DNA from: an uncultured Alphaproteobacteria bacterium
GTDB lineage: Bacteria > Pseudomonadota > Alphaproteobacteria > Rhizobiales > Methyloligellaceae
NCBI GenBank assembly: GCA_963817175.1
Contig: CAWFNK010000026.1
Coordinates: 6,793 to 70,792, forward strand
Length of the DNA stretch: 64,000 nucleotides
Reading direction: 5' to 3'
Below are positions 52,176 to 62,648 of the stretch, piece by piece. The position numbers and the translations under genes were made by a program. The notes beneath the pieces were generated by a model, which worked only from the letters and a program-made list of their open reading frames with translations, was not told the DNA's origin and did not search any database. How positions within the stretch are numbered: position 1 is the stretch's first letter; every line of letters begins with the position of its first letter.

Positions 52176-52260
52176 GCGAGTGGTAAACCGCGTCCGCGCG
52201 TGGCTGCAATATAGGGATTATCGGCCGCGAGGCCAGCGGAATCTCTACGAGTTAACGCCG

Positions 52261-52542
52261 CTAGAAGCAGGAGACGAACTCGCGGAAAACCCAGCCGATC
52301 GGCTTCTTGGTCTTGTGATCGACGATCTTGACCCAAGGTTTGCCGTTGGCGGCGTCCTTGTATTCGACGATCCCGACGAGGCTTCCGTTGGCGAGCGTGC
52401 CGGTGATCTTGCCATTGGGGCTGTCCCGCACATTGAGCGGGGTGCCGGTGGGGTCGGTCACCTTGCAGCGCTCGCCCTCGGCGGCAAGCCCGACGCCCTG
52501 GATCATGAGCAGCGCGATCGCCGCCACCACAAATCTCGTCAT
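52261..52542 (-). CDS. Small exported SH3b-like protein
   Basis: Signal peptide, DPTGTPLNVRDSPNGKITGTL, PWVKI, GWVFREFVSC. Confidence 0.8.
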   Translation of the reverse strand: MTRFVVAAIALLMIQGVGLAAEGERCKVTDPTGTPLNVRDSPNGKITGTLANGSLVGIVEYKDAANGKPWVKIVDHKTKKPIGWVFREFVSCF

Positions 52543-52568
52543 CGTTCCCTCCCTTGGGAAGTCGCCGC

Positions 52569-53492
52569 TTAGCGCGGCAGATTGAAAATGCGCTTTGGCT
52601 TCAGCTCGCCTCGGCTCACCTCGCCGATGGCAACCAGCATTCCGCGCGACACCGCGTAGACGGTGCCTTCGAGAATGGGGGCATCGCGGCCTCTGAGCAA
52701 GACCGCTTGGCCCCGCCTCAGCCGATCCGCGTCAGGCCCTGCGACGGCAAGCGCCGGGATGTCGCAAAGCGCCGTCTCGACCGGGAGGAGCGCGCTCAGC
52801 AGCGCCTCGTGGCCGCCGCTCTCGGCCAGCGCCTCGAGCGCCGCAAGCGTAACCGCGCGCTCCTGGCTGAACGGCCCGACGCGGGTGCGGCGCAAGGCTT
52901 CGACATGGCCGAGCGCGCCGAGCGCGCGGCCGAGATCGCGGGCGAGCGAGCGCACATAGGTGCCCTTGCCGCAATGCGTCTCCAGCACGCAACGATCTTG
53001 GTCGGGGTGGTCGATCAGCGTGAGGCTCTCGATCGACACGCGCCGGGATGCCAGCTCGAATTCCTCCTCGTCGCGAGCAAGCTCGTAAGCGCGCGCGCCG
53101 TCGACCTTGAGCGCCGAATAGCGCGGCGGCACCTGATCGATCTCGCCGGTGAAGTCCGCAAGCCTGGCCTCGATCTCGGCCCGGGTCGGGCGCTGCTCGC
53201 TCGACGCCACCACCTTGCCCTCGGCGTCGTCGGTGTCGGTTTCCGCGCCGAAGCGGACGGTGAAGCGGTATTCCTTGCTGCCCTCGACCACGAACGGCAC
53301 GGTCTTGGTCGCTTCGCCGAGCGCGATCGGCAGCACGCCGGTGGCGAGCGGGTCGAGCGTGCCCGCGTGCCCCGCCTTGGCGGCCTGGTAGAGCCGCTTG
53401 ACGCGCGTCACGGCCAGCGTCGAGGTCATGCCTTGCGGCTTGTCGAAGATGAGCCACCCGTTGACGGCCAGACCTTTACGCTGCCGCGCCAT
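52569..53492 (-). CDS. truB: tRNA pseudouridine(55) synthase
   Basis: DKPQGMTS, KAGHAGTLDPLATG, QVPPRYSALKVDG, CGKGTYVRSLARD. Confidence 0.98.
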   Translation of the reverse strand: MARQRKGLAVNGWLIFDKPQGMTSTLAVTRVKRLYQAAKAGHAGTLDPLATGVLPIALGEATKTVPFVVEGSKEYRFTVRFGAETDTDDAEGKVVASSEQRPTRAEIEARLADFTGEIDQVPPRYSALKVDGARAYELARDEEEFELASRRVSIESLTLIDHPDQDRCVLETHCGKGTYVRSLARDLGRALGALGHVEALRRTRVGPFSQERAVTLAALEALAESGGHEALLSALLPVETALCDIPALAVAGPDADRLRRGQAVLLRGRDAPILEGTVYAVSRGMLVAIGEVSRGELKPKRIFNLPR

Positions 53493-53516
53493 TCGCTGCC
53501 CCGCTTGTCTGTTGCG

Positions 53517-53927
53517 TCAGTCGTCGAGGTCGCGAACGACCTCAGGCCGGGCGAGCAGCTCGTCGATCCGGGCGGACGCTTGGAAGGTGGTGTCGACCTT
53601 GAATTTGAGTTCGGGCATGAATTTCATGCTGACCCGCTTGGCGAGCAGGCCGCGCAGATAGCGCTTGTGCAGTTCGAGATGCTCGACCGCCTCGTCGGCC
53701 TCGGCCGTGCCGCCGCCGAGCGGGATCACATAGGCGGTGGCGAGCTTGAGGTCCGGCGACATGCGCACCTCGGGCACGGTCAGCGAATGCTTGTCCAACA
53801 CCTCATCGACGACCTCGCCGCGGGAGAAGATGTCGGCGAGCGCGTGCCGGATCATCTCGCCCACTTTCAGCTGGCGTTGCGAGGGTGCCTTGCCTTGAGG
53901 CGACTTACCCTTGTCGCGCGCGATCAT
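53517..53927 (-). CDS. rbfA: Ribosome-binding factor A
   Basis: SQRQLKVGEMIRHAL, TVPEVRMSPDLKLA, KFMPELKF. Confidence 0.96.
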   Translation of the reverse strand: MIARDKGKSPQGKAPSQRQLKVGEMIRHALADIFSRGEVVDEVLDKHSLTVPEVRMSPDLKLATAYVIPLGGGTAEADEAVEHLELHKRYLRGLLAKRVSMKFMPELKFKVDTTFQASARIDELLARPEVVRDLDD

Positions 53928-53975
53928 ATGCCTTGCTCTTGAGATGGAGGCGGTCGAAGGCCGCCCGATCGCGGA

Positions 53976-56462
53976 TTACAGCGTGCGCTGGACGTGCTCG
54001 ACCTCGAAGCACTCGATCACGTCGCCCGGGCGCATGTCCTGGTAGCCCTCGAACGCCATGCCGCATTCCTGGCCGGCGGTCACCTCGCGCACCTCGTCCT
54101 TGAAGCGCTTCAAGGTGGACAGCTTGCCTTCATGCACCACGACGTTATCGCGGATCAGCCGGACTTGCGCGCCGCGCTCGACCTTGCCTTCGGTCACGCG
54201 GCAGCCTGCCACCTTGCCCACCTTGGAGATGGCGAACACCTCCAGGATCTCGGCATTGCCGAGGAAGGTCTCGCGCCGCGTCGGCGCCAGCATGCCGGAC
54301 ATGGCCTGCTTCACCTCGTCGACCAGGTCGTAGATCACGGCGTAATAGCGGATCTCCACGCCCTCGCGCTCGGCCGCCTCGCGGGCTTGCGAATTAGCGC
54401 GCACATTGAAGCCGAGCACGACCGCCCCGGAGGTGGCGGCAAGCCCGACATCGGATTCGGTGATGCCACCGACACCGGCATGGACGATGCGCGCGCGAAC
54501 CTCGTCGGTGCCCATCTTGTCGAGCGCCGCGACGATAGCCTCGACCGAGCCTTGCACGTCGCCCTTGACCAGGAGGGTGAACTCCTTGGTGCCGGCGGCC
54601 TTCAGATTGGTCATCATCTGCTCGAGGCTGCCGCGGGCGCCGGCCACCGCCAGGCGCTTGCGCCGCTCGCGCACGCGATAATCGGTGATCTCCCGCGCGC
54701 GCGCCTCGTTCTCCACCACGGCGAACTGATCGCCCGCCTCGGGTGCGGAATCGAAGCCGAGCACCTCGACGGGAACCGACGGGCCGGCGCTCGTCACCTG
54801 CTCGCCGAGCTCATTGATCAGCGCGCGCACGCGGCCATAGGCCGAGCCGGCGACGATGAGATCGCCGACGTGAAGCGTGCCGCGCTGGATCAGCGCGGTG
54901 CCGACAGGGCCGCGCCCGCGTTCGAGCTTGGCCTCGACGATCACGCCCTCGGCGGCGCGATCCGGATTGGCGGTGAGCTCCAGCACCTCGGCCTGCAGCG
55001 CGATCGCCTCCAACAGCCTGTCGAGGCCGGTCCGCTTCAACGCCGAGACCTCGATCTCCAGCGTATCGCCGCCGAGGCTTTCCACCACGATCTCGTGGCT
55101 GAGCAATTCGGTGCGTACCCGCTGCGGGTCGGCGCCCTGCTTGTCGATCTTGTTGATGGCGATGATCATCGGCACGCCGGCGGCCTTGGCGTGATTGATG
55201 GCTTCGACCGTCTGCGGCTTCACGCCGTCGTCGGCCGCGACCACCAGAACCACGATGTCGGTCACCTGGGCGCCGCGCTGCCGCATGGCGGTGAACGCCT
55301 CGTGGCCCGGTGTGTCGATGAAAGTGATCTTGTTGCCGAGCGGCGTCACCACCTGATAGGCGCCGATATGCTGGGTGATGCCGCCCGCCTCCTGGCTGAC
55401 GACATTGGTCGTGCGGATCGCGTCGAGCAGCGAAGTCTTGCCGTGATCGACATGGCCCATGATGGTGACGATCGGCGCGCGCGGCTGCAAATCCGCGCTC
55501 TGGTCCTCGGCGCCGATAAAGCCTTCCTCGACGTCGGCCTCCGAGACGCGCCTGACCGTGTGGCCGAATTCCTCGGCGACGAGCTGGGCCGTGTCGGAAT
55601 CGATCACGTCGGTGATTTTGTGCATGGCGCCGTCCTTCATCAGATATTTGATGACGTCGACGCCTCGCTCGGCCATGCGGTTGGCCAGCTCCTGAATGGT
55701 GATGACCTCGGGGATCACGACCTCGCGCTGGATCTTCGCCTGCGCTTGCGGGCCGGTGATCTGCTTCTTCTGCCGCTCCTGACGGCGCTTCAGCGAGGCA
55801 AGGCTCCGCTGGCGCTGCTCTTCGTCGAGCGCGTTGATGATCGTGAGCCGGCCGCGCACCCGGCGCTCCTCGCCGCGGCGCGGCGCGGTGACGCTCTTCT
55901 TATGGCGGGCGTCAGCCGTGCGCGGAGCCTCTTCAGGCTCCTCCTTGGGGAGGTGCTTGCGCGCGGTCTCCTCGCCGACCTTGCGCGCCTTGGCCTCGGC
56001 CTGATGCCGCTCGTCTTCCTTGCGCTTACGCTCGTCGGCCTCTTCGCGCTCCTTGGTGCGCTGCACCTCGGTGACGACTTGGATCGCTGCCGTTTCCTTG
56101 GCCTTCTCGCGCTCGACGGCCTCGCGCTGGCGCGAATCGGCGAGCGCGCGCATCCGCGCGTCCTTCTCCTCCTCGGAGAGCTGCGGCAGCACGACACGAG
56201 CTTGACGCGCCCGAGTATCGTCCTGAGCGGGTTTCTGCGTGGGCTCGGCGACACGCGGCGCTGGTGCCGCTTCTTCCACCGGCTGGGCGGCTCCGCCCGC
56301 GCCGATCGCCCGGCGCTTCTTCTTCTCGACCAGAACGGACTTCGAGCGCCCATGGCTGAAGCTCTGGCGCACATGGCCGGATTCCACCGTCCGGCGCACG
56401 TTGAGCGTCATTTTGCGCCCTCCGCGAGCGGTCTTGTCTTCAGTCTCGTTGGTCTCACTCAT
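53976..56462 (-). CDS. infB: Translation initiation factor IF-2
   Basis: [39 protein letters not shown]. Confidence 0.99.
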   Translation of the reverse strand: MSETNETEDKTARGGRKMTLNVRRTVESGHVRQSFSHGRSKSVLVEKKKRRAIGAGGAAQPVEEAAPAPRVAEPTQKPAQDDTRARQARVVLPQLSEEEKDARMRALADSRQREAVEREKAKETAAIQVVTEVQRTKEREEADERKRKEDERHQAEAKARKVGEETARKHLPKEEPEEAPRTADARHKKSVTAPRRGEERRVRGRLTIINALDEEQRQRSLASLKRRQERQKKQITGPQAQAKIQREVVIPEVITIQELANRMAERGVDVIKYLMKDGAMHKITDVIDSDTAQLVAEEFGHTVRRVSEADVEEGFIGAEDQSADLQPRAPIVTIMGHVDHGKTSLLDAIRTTNVVSQEAGGITQHIGAYQVVTPLGNKITFIDTPGHEAFTAMRQRGAQVTDIVVLVVAADDGVKPQTVEAINHAKAAGVPMIIAINKIDKQGADPQRVRTELLSHEIVVESLGGDTLEIEVSALKRTGLDRLLEAIALQAEVLELTANPDRAAEGVIVEAKLERGRGPVGTALIQRGTLHVGDLIVAGSAYGRVRALINELGEQVTSAGPSVPVEVLGFDSAPEAGDQFAVVENEARAREITDYRVRERRKRLAVAGARGSLEQMMTNLKAAGTKEFTLLVKGDVQGSVEAIVAALDKMGTDEVRARIVHAGVGGITESDVGLAATSGAVVLGFNVRANSQAREAAEREGVEIRYYAVIYDLVDEVKQAMSGMLAPTRRETFLGNAEILEVFAISKVGKVAGCRVTEGKVERGAQVRLIRDNVVVHEGKLSTLKRFKDEVREVTAGQECGMAFEGYQDMRPGDVIECFEVEHVQRTL

Positions 56463-57134
56463 TCTTTGTCCGTATCCGATCCATTCTGGTTGGCGAACGC
56501 GTTGCTGCCATTGCGGTAGCGCTCCACGCGCGCGGCCGCCGCGAGGAATTTCCGAGCCGCTCCACCCTGGATGAGGGCAGCATGTATCACATTTGTCCTA
56601 CCCGATGCCAAACTCAATTCGTCGGAGCTGAAGGCGCGGGTGGCGGGAATCGGGCTTCCCTCGCGCAATCCTTTGGCTTTGCCGTCGAGCTTGCGGCAAC
56701 CATCCTCCGCGGCGTCCTTGGCATGAACCAGGGCTAGCACGCGGCCTTTGCCCAGCGCTTCCTCGACCTTGGCATGGCCAAACACCGCCTCGCCGGCCTT
56801 GTTGGCAAGGCCAAGCGCCGAAAGGGCGGCGTCTGCGAGCAGCCGGTCCACTAGGCCGGCCAAGCCCTCCGGCACCTTGGCTTCGGTCTTGAGCGCGCGG
56901 GCGAAAACGTTGCGTTTGGCCGCTTTGGCGACAATATCCTGGTCCGCGGTCAGCCATACGCCGCGGCCCGGGCAGCTTCTCCTTGAGGTCGGGGACGATC
57001 GCGCCGTCAGGCCCCAGCACGAAGCGGATCAGCTCGTCTTTCGGCCTCCGCACGCGGGTGAGCGCGCAGCTGCGGACGCCGTCATCGACGCCGTCTTGGC
57101 CCTCGTCTCTCTGCTCAGCCGCCGCTCGCCGCAA
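56459..57134 (-). CDS. YlxR/DUF448 - L7Ae RNA-binding protein (frameshift at ~56970)
   Basis: RSCALTR...[10 protein letters not shown]...LPG|RGVW, then LGLANKAG and NVIHAAL; sits between nusA and infB. Confidence 0.88.
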
Positions 57135-57156
57135 TTATGGTCTCCTCGCCGCCGCA

Positions 57157-58821
57157 TCAGGCGCTCGCGCCGTTTGGCGTGGCCTCGGTGCCAGTCTCGG
57201 CGCCCGCCTCGGCGGCAGCCTCTTCGCCTTCGCCCTCGCCCTCGGCAGGCTCGGGCGCGAGATCGGCTTCGGTGATCCAGCCCGCCTTGACGCGCGCCGC
57301 CAGGATCAAATCCTCGACCTGGTTCTTGGTCAGGCCGAATGAATCCAGCACGCCGTCATGGCGGATGGTCTCTTTATCCTTGCGCTCGCTCCAGCCGGCG
57401 AGGTCGTCGGTGGCGCAATCGGCCAGATCCTCGACCGTCTTGATATTGGCCTCGCCGAGCGTGACCAGCATTGCCGTCGTGATGCCCGGCACCTCGGCGA
57501 CCTCGTCGGCGACGCCGAGCGCCTTGCGCTTCGCTTCGAGCTCGGCCTCGAGCTTCTCGAGATGCTCGCGCGCGCGGGTCTGGATCTCGGCGGCGGTGTT
57601 TTCGTCGAAGCCTTCGATCGAGGCGATTTCCGACGGCTCGACAAAGGCCACTTCCTCGACCGAGCTGAAGCCTTCCGACGCGAGCAGCTGGGCGATGACC
57701 TCGTCGACGTCGAGCGCCTCCATGAAGGTCGAGGATCGCTCGGCGAACTCGGCTTGGCGCCGCTCCGATTCCGAGGCCTCGGTCATGATGTCGATGTCCC
57801 AACCTGTGAGCTGCGAAGCGAGCCGTACATTTTGACCTTTCCGCCCAATAGCCAGCGAGAGCTGCTGATCCGGCACCACCACCTCGATGCGCTCGGCATC
57901 CTCGTCGAGCACGACCTTGACCACTTCGGCCGGCGCCAACGCATTGACGATGAAGGTCGCGGCGTCGGGCGACCACTGAATGATGTCGATCTTCTCGCCT
58001 TGCAGCTCGTTGACGACGGCCTGCACGCGGCTGCCGCGCATGCCGACGCAGGCGCCGACGGGGTCGATCGAGGCGTCGCGCGACACCACCGCGATCTTGG
58101 CGCGGCTGCCGGGATCGCGCGCCACCGACTTGATGGTGACGATGCCCTCATAGACCTCGGGAACTTCTTGCGCGAACAGCTTGGCCATGAATTCCGGATG
58201 CGTGCGCGACAGGAAAATCTGCGGGCCGCGCTGCTCGCGGCGCACGTCATAGACATAAGCGCGGATGCGGTCGCCGTAGCGGAAATTCTCGCGCGGCAGC
58301 GTCTCGTCGCGGCGCACGATAGCCTCGGCGCGGCCGAGATCGACGATGACATTGCCGTACTCGACGCGCTTGACGATGCCGTTGACGATCTCGCCGACGC
58401 GGTCCTTGTATTCGTCGTATTGACGCTCGCGCTCCGCCTCGCGCACCTTCTGCACGATCACCTGCTTGGCGTTCTGCGCGGCGACGCGGCCGAAATCGAG
58501 CGGGGGCAGGGGCTCGGCGATGAAGTCGCCGACTTGCGCTGCCGGGTTGCGGCGCCGTGCCTCCTCGAGCGAGACCTGTGTTGCTTCCAGGGTAACCGCC
58601 TCGACCACTTCGAGCAGCCGCGCCAGCCTGATCTCGCCGGTCTTGGGATCGACCTCGGCCTTGATCTCGTTCTCGCTGCCGTAGCGGGATTTCGCCGCCT
58701 TCTGGATCGCGTCCTCCATGGCGGTGATCACCACCTGGCGGTCGATCGCCTTCTCGCGCGCGACCGCGTCCGCGATCTGCAAGAGCTCCAGCCTGTTGGC
58801 GCTGACGCCTGCCTGAGCCAT
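57157..58821 (-). CDS. nusA: Transcription termination/antitermination factor NusA
   Basis: ANRLELLQIADAVAREK, AKQVIVQKVREAER, ARDPGSRAK, GACVGMRGSRVQ. Confidence 0.98.
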   Translation of the reverse strand: MAQAGVSANRLELLQIADAVAREKAIDRQVVITAMEDAIQKAAKSRYGSENEIKAEVDPKTGEIRLARLLEVVEAVTLEATQVSLEEARRRNPAAQVGDFIAEPLPPLDFGRVAAQNAKQVIVQKVREAERERQYDEYKDRVGEIVNGIVKRVEYGNVIVDLGRAEAIVRRDETLPRENFRYGDRIRAYVYDVRREQRGPQIFLSRTHPEFMAKLFAQEVPEVYEGIVTIKSVARDPGSRAKIAVVSRDASIDPVGACVGMRGSRVQAVVNELQGEKIDIIQWSPDAATFIVNALAPAEVVKVVLDEDAERIEVVVPDQQLSLAIGRKGQNVRLASQLTGWDIDIMTEASESERRQAEFAERSSTFMEALDVDEVIAQLLASEGFSSVEEVAFVEPSEIASIEGFDENTAAEIQTRAREHLEKLEAELEAKRKALGVADEVAEVPGITTAMLVTLGEANIKTVEDLADCATDDLAGWSERKDKETIRHDGVLDSFGLTKNQVEDLILAARVKAGWITEADLAPEPAEGEGEGEEAAAEAGAETGTEATPNGASA

Positions 58822-58839
58822 CTCTCTAGCCTCCAATTC

Positions 58840-59424
58840 TCAATGCGCGGGCTTCCTGCCCGAAAGGTCTGCCTTGAAGCTCTCTATATCGGCGATGAGC
58901 TTCGCTTCGTTGATGAGCGAAAAGGGAAGGCCGATCGTCACCGGCTCGGCCTTGCCTTCTAGCTCAATCTTCAACCGCACTTCGTCCTTCACCACGCCCT
59001 CGATCAGGCCCCTGAACCGCTTCCTGCCGTCGACCAGCTCCGTAAGCTCTATCTTGGCTTCATGACCCGCCCATAACGCGAAGTCGCTCGGCCGGACCAA
59101 AGGCCGGTCGATGCCGGGCGACGACACTTCGAGCCGGTACTGAGCGGGCATCGGGTCGTAAGCATCGAGCACCGGCGACAGCCGCCGGCTGATGGTCGCG
59201 CAATCCTCAACGCTCATCTCCCCGCTCGGCCGCTCGGCCATGATCTGCACCGTGCCGCCGTCGCGGCCCGAGACCTTGACCCTGACCAGCCTGAAGCCGA
59301 GCTCCTCGAGCACTGGCTCGGCGAGGTCGGCGATGGCCCGCGCCGGTCCCGTCTCGCGGGTGAAGCGGCGATCTTCATTGGCGCTGGCGCTCGACATGTT
59401 TTTCGGGTCGTGGTCCTCGGCCAA
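58840..59424 (-). CDS. rimP: Ribosome maturation factor RimP
   Basis: GFRLVRV, VQIMAER, YRLEVSSPGIDRPL, GRKRFRG. Start at TTG 59424 or ATG 59397. Confidence 0.96.
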   Translation of the reverse strand: MAEDHDPKNMSSASANEDRRFTRETGPARAIADLAEPVLEELGFRLVRVKVSGRDGGTVQIMAERPSGEMSVEDCATISRRLSPVLDAYDPMPAQYRLEVSSPGIDRPLVRPSDFALWAGHEAKIELTELVDGRKRFRGLIEGVVKDEVRLKIELEGKAEPVTIGLPFSLINEAKLIADIESFKADLSGRKPAH

Positions 59425-59444
59425 GGCGAGGAAGCGATGAGCCT

Positions 59445-59477
59445 AACAAAAAGGAGCGGGCGAAAGGCCCACTCCTG
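59445..59477 (-). terminator. rimP-leader terminator hairpin
   Basis: Minus strand AGGAGTGGGC-CTTTC-GCCCGCTCCT followed by TTTTGTT, just upstream of rimP. Confidence 0.75.
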
Positions 59478-59566
59478 ATCAAAACCAATCATGAGTTCGG
59501 TGCGTAATATACGAGCTTTTTCGAGGTTTTCAAGCGTTTCAAGGGCCGAATTGGGCTGGTGCGGGG

Positions 59567-60004
59567 CTATTCCAGACCGAGGACCTGTTTGCCGATGCGC
59601 TGGAAGTCGGTGATGCGCTCGTAGGTCAGCGCGCAGAGGCATGACGAATAGTTGCCGCCGATCGCCGTGCCGCCGAAGGCGAGACTGTCCTCCAGCGTGC
59701 AATTGCCATCGCGATAGGCGATCCATTGCTTCTGCGCGTCCTTGAGGTCGGCGAGCTGGACGTCCGGCGATTGTCCCATGTCCTTGCCGGCGGCGCGGAT
59801 CTTGTCTTGCAGGGTCTTATAGGCCTGGTTCAGCGCGGCATCGGCCTTGTCGGCCGCGCGGGCGACACAGGCCTTATAGTCTGGGTTGGAATGCGTCGCC
59901 GCCTCGCAGTCGTCGTAACAGACGGCGTCGATATCGGTTTCTGCGAAGGCCATCCCTGGGACGAGCAGCAGCGTCATGGCCAAGGCAATGGAGCGAAGTC
60001 TCAT
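59567..60004 (-). CDS. LprI/DUF1311 lysozyme-inhibitor-like exported protein
   Basis: Signal peptide, ADAALNQAYKTL, LKDAQKQWIAYRDGNC. Confidence 0.85.
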   Translation of the reverse strand: MRLRSIALAMTLLLVPGMAFAETDIDAVCYDDCEAATHSNPDYKACVARAADKADAALNQAYKTLQDKIRAAGKDMGQSPDVQLADLKDAQKQWIAYRDGNCTLEDSLAFGGTAIGGNYSSCLCALTYERITDFQRIGKQVLGLE

Positions 60005-60018
60005 TTTATCCTCCGAGG

Positions 60019-60705
60019 TCAAAGCCGGCTGAAGCTGAGATAGGTGGACTTCCGTCCTTCGCCGAGCGCCTTACGTTCATAGCGCGTTTGCGGCCAGTCT
60101 GAAGGCCGCTCCCGCCAGTCCGCCGCGCGCTCGGCGGTCCAGGTGAACGCCCCGCTTTGCCGCGCGAGCAGCAGCGACTGCGCCGCATAGTCGCCATTGT
60201 CGGAGGCAAATCTGAATTCGCCGCCTGGGCGGAGCACGCGTGCAAGCTCATTCAGCGTGTCCGCGCAGAGCAACCGGCGCTTCAACTGCCGTTTTTTCGG
60301 CCAGGGGTCGGGAAACAGCAGGAAGACGCGGCCGATCGAGCGGTCCGGCAACCACGCCAGCACCTCGCGCGCGTCGGCGTCATGCACGCGGATCGTGTCG
60401 ATACCGCGATCCTCGATCGCGCCGAGCAGGGTGCCCATGCCGTTGATGAAGGGCTCGCAGCCGATGCAGCCGACATCTTTATGCTGCTCGGCCTGCCACA
60501 AGAGATGCTCGCCGGAGCCGAAGCCGATCTCGAGCCAGACATCCCCGACCGGGACCGGGAACAGGTCCTTCAAATCTTCGGGCGGTGGGGTCTTGAGGTC
60601 GAGCCGAAGACGCGGCAACAGCTCGCCGATCAGCCGCTCCTTCCGCGCGCTCAACGGCTTGGCCTTGCGCCTGCCATAGGACCTGAGCGGCCGAGCTTCC
60701 GTCAT
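60019..60705 (-). CDS. trmB: tRNA (guanine-N7)-methyltransferase
   Basis: LEIGFGSGEHL, GCEPFING, FPDPWPK, FASD, TRYERKA. Confidence 0.97.
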   Translation of the reverse strand: MTEARPLRSYGRRKAKPLSARKERLIGELLPRLRLDLKTPPPEDLKDLFPVPVGDVWLEIGFGSGEHLLWQAEQHKDVGCIGCEPFINGMGTLLGAIEDRGIDTIRVHDADAREVLAWLPDRSIGRVFLLFPDPWPKKRQLKRRLLCADTLNELARVLRPGGEFRFASDNGDYAAQSLLLARQSGAFTWTAERAADWRERPSDWPQTRYERKALGEGRKSTYLSFSRL

Positions 60706-60715
60706 TTGGCTGGAC

Positions 60716-60800
60716 CGTAGGGTGGGCAACGGCTTGGCCGTTGCCCACGTCGAACCGACGATGGTGGGCATGGCGCTTCAGCGCCTTTGCCCACCCTACG
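60716..60800. repeat. GTAG-type REP inverted pair
   Basis: CGTAGGGTGGGCAA...TTTGCCCACCCTACG between metK and trmB. Confidence 0.85.
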
Positions 60801-61971
60801 AAAGCTCGCCGCGGATCGGCTCGACCAGATCAAGTCGCTCCCAGGAGAAGCCGCCATCATTGTCGGGCTGCCGGCCGAAATGGCCGTAAGCGGAGGTCCG
60901 CTCATAGATCGGCTTGCTGAGCTTGAGATGCTCCCTGATGCCGCGCGGGCTTAAGTCCATCACCGCGCGCAGCGCGCCCTCGAGCTTGTCCTCGGCGACA
61001 TTCCCGGTGCCGTGCAGATCGACATAGAGCGACAGCGGCTGCGACACGCCGATCGCGTAGGAGACTTGCAGCGTGCAGCGGTCGGCGAGCCCGGCCGCCA
61101 CGACATTCTTGGCGAGATAGCGCGCGGCATAGGCGGCCGAGCGGTCGACCTTGGTCGGGTCCTTGCCGGAGAAGGCGCCGCCGCCATGCGGCGCCGCGCC
61201 GCCATAGGTGTCGACGATGATCTTGCGCCCGGTCACGCCGGTATCGCCGTCCGGGCCGCCGATGACGAAGCGGCCGGTCGGGTTGACGTAGAACTTGGTG
61301 TCGCGGTTGACCCAGCCCTTTGGCATCACTTCGTCGACGAAGCCGCGGACGATCTGATGCACGCGCTCCTGGCTCACGTCCTCGCCATGCTGCGTGGAGA
61401 CCACGATCGAGTCCGCGCGTACCGGCTTGCCGTTCTCGTAAGCGAGGCTCACCTGGCTCTTGGCGTCGGGACCAAGCTCGGGCGTGCGGCCGGTATGCCT
61501 CGCCTTGGCCATCTCGTGCAGGATGCGGTGGGCATAGAAGATCGGCGCCGGCATCAAGGGCTCGGTCTCGCGGCAGGCATAGCCGAACATGATGCCCTGG
61601 TCGCCCGCGCCTTCCTCCTTTTGCGCGCCCAGATCGGCATCGACGCCGCGCGCGATGTCGGCGGATTGCTCATGCACGTAATATTGAAACTCAGCCAAGT
61701 CCCAGTGGAAGCCTGTCTGCTCGTAGCCGATCTCGCGCACGGCGCGCCGCGCCGCCGCCTCGATCAGCTCGGGCGTCACGCTCTCGGGCCCGCGCACCTC
61801 GCCCGCCATGACGATGCGGTTGGTGGTGACCAAGGTCTCGATGGCGACACGCGAATGGGGATCGGCAGCGAGGTAGAGATCGACCACGGCATCTGAGATG
61901 CGGTCGCACACTTTGTCGGGATGGCCTTCCGACACCAATTCACTGGCGAAGAGGTAGTTCGTGCGGGACAC
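60796..61971 (-). CDS. metK: S-adenosylmethionine synthetase
   Basis: [46 protein letters not shown]. Confidence 0.99.
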   Translation of the reverse strand: MSRTNYLFASELVSEGHPDKVCDRISDAVVDLYLAADPHSRVAIETLVTTNRIVMAGEVRGPESVTPELIEAAARRAVREIGYEQTGFHWDLAEFQYYVHEQSADIARGVDADLGAQKEEGAGDQGIMFGYACRETEPLMPAPIFYAHRILHEMAKARHTGRTPELGPDAKSQVSLAYENGKPVRADSIVVSTQHGEDVSQERVHQIVRGFVDEVMPKGWVNRDTKFYVNPTGRFVIGGPDGDTGVTGRKIIVDTYGGAAPHGGGAFSGKDPTKVDRSAAYAARYLAKNVVAAGLADRCTLQVSYAIGVSQPLSLYVDLHGTGNVAEDKLEGALRAVMDLSPRGIREHLKLSKPIYERTSAYGHFGRQPDNDGGFSWERLDLVEPIRGELS

Positions 61972-62083
61972 TGTGGGGACCCCCTGTTCGAAAGGAAGGA
62001 AGACCGGACGGCGGTCGTAAAACGCGCCCGGTTCTTACAACCATTGAGCCCGGGGTCAACCCCCGCGCTCAACCAATTCGATT

Positions 62084-62503
62084 TTAGGGAGCGGCTGCCG
62101 CCGCGCTCAAGGCCCGCACCAGATCGACCACGCTCTTGCGCACCTTGGCGTCGGGGATTTTGACGAAGGCGCGGTTCAGTTCGAGACCTTCGCGGCTGTT
62201 GAGGAATTCGAGGATGAAGGCTTCGGAGTCCGGCTCGGCCATGCCCCGCGCCGAGGTTCCATCACCACCGATATGCGGAGCTTCCTCGAAGAAGAACTGC
62301 ACGGGCACGTCGAGGATTTTCGAGATTTGGAACAGCCGGCTCGCGCCGATGCGGTTCACGCCCTTCTCGTATTTTTGTACTTGCTGAAACGTCAGTCCCA
62401 TGCTCTCGCCGAGGCGCTCTTGACTCATGCCAAGCAGCATTCGGCGTAAACGTACCCGGCTTCCGACATGTGCATCGACGGGGTTAGGCTTCTTGCCTGC
62501 CAT
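62084..62503 (-). CDS. XRE-family HTH transcriptional regulator
   Basis: PNPVDAHVGSRVRLRR...TFQQVQKYEKGVNRIGASRL. Confidence 0.93.
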   Translation of the reverse strand: MAGKKPNPVDAHVGSRVRLRRMLLGMSQERLGESMGLTFQQVQKYEKGVNRIGASRLFQISKILDVPVQFFFEEAPHIGGDGTSARGMAEPDSEAFILEFLNSREGLELNRAFVKIPDAKVRKSVVDLVRALSAAAAAP

Positions 62504-62648
62504 TCGCTCACTCGTGATAGTCATGTGGTTCGAAAATACTCACTCGAAAATTTGATAAATGATTGTCCCTGTCCCTGGTCGTTCATAGGGGCGTGGTTTA
62601 TCTCCGTCAAGCATGCTGGCGCCGCATCGCGTTTTTGTCTCGATTGCG

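Noticed and set aside
61972-62083. SAM riboswitch upstream of metK
   Set aside because: Only a simple hairpin (TTGAGC..GGGGT/ACCCC..GCTCAA) is visible; I could not find SAM-II or SAM-SAH consensus elements.
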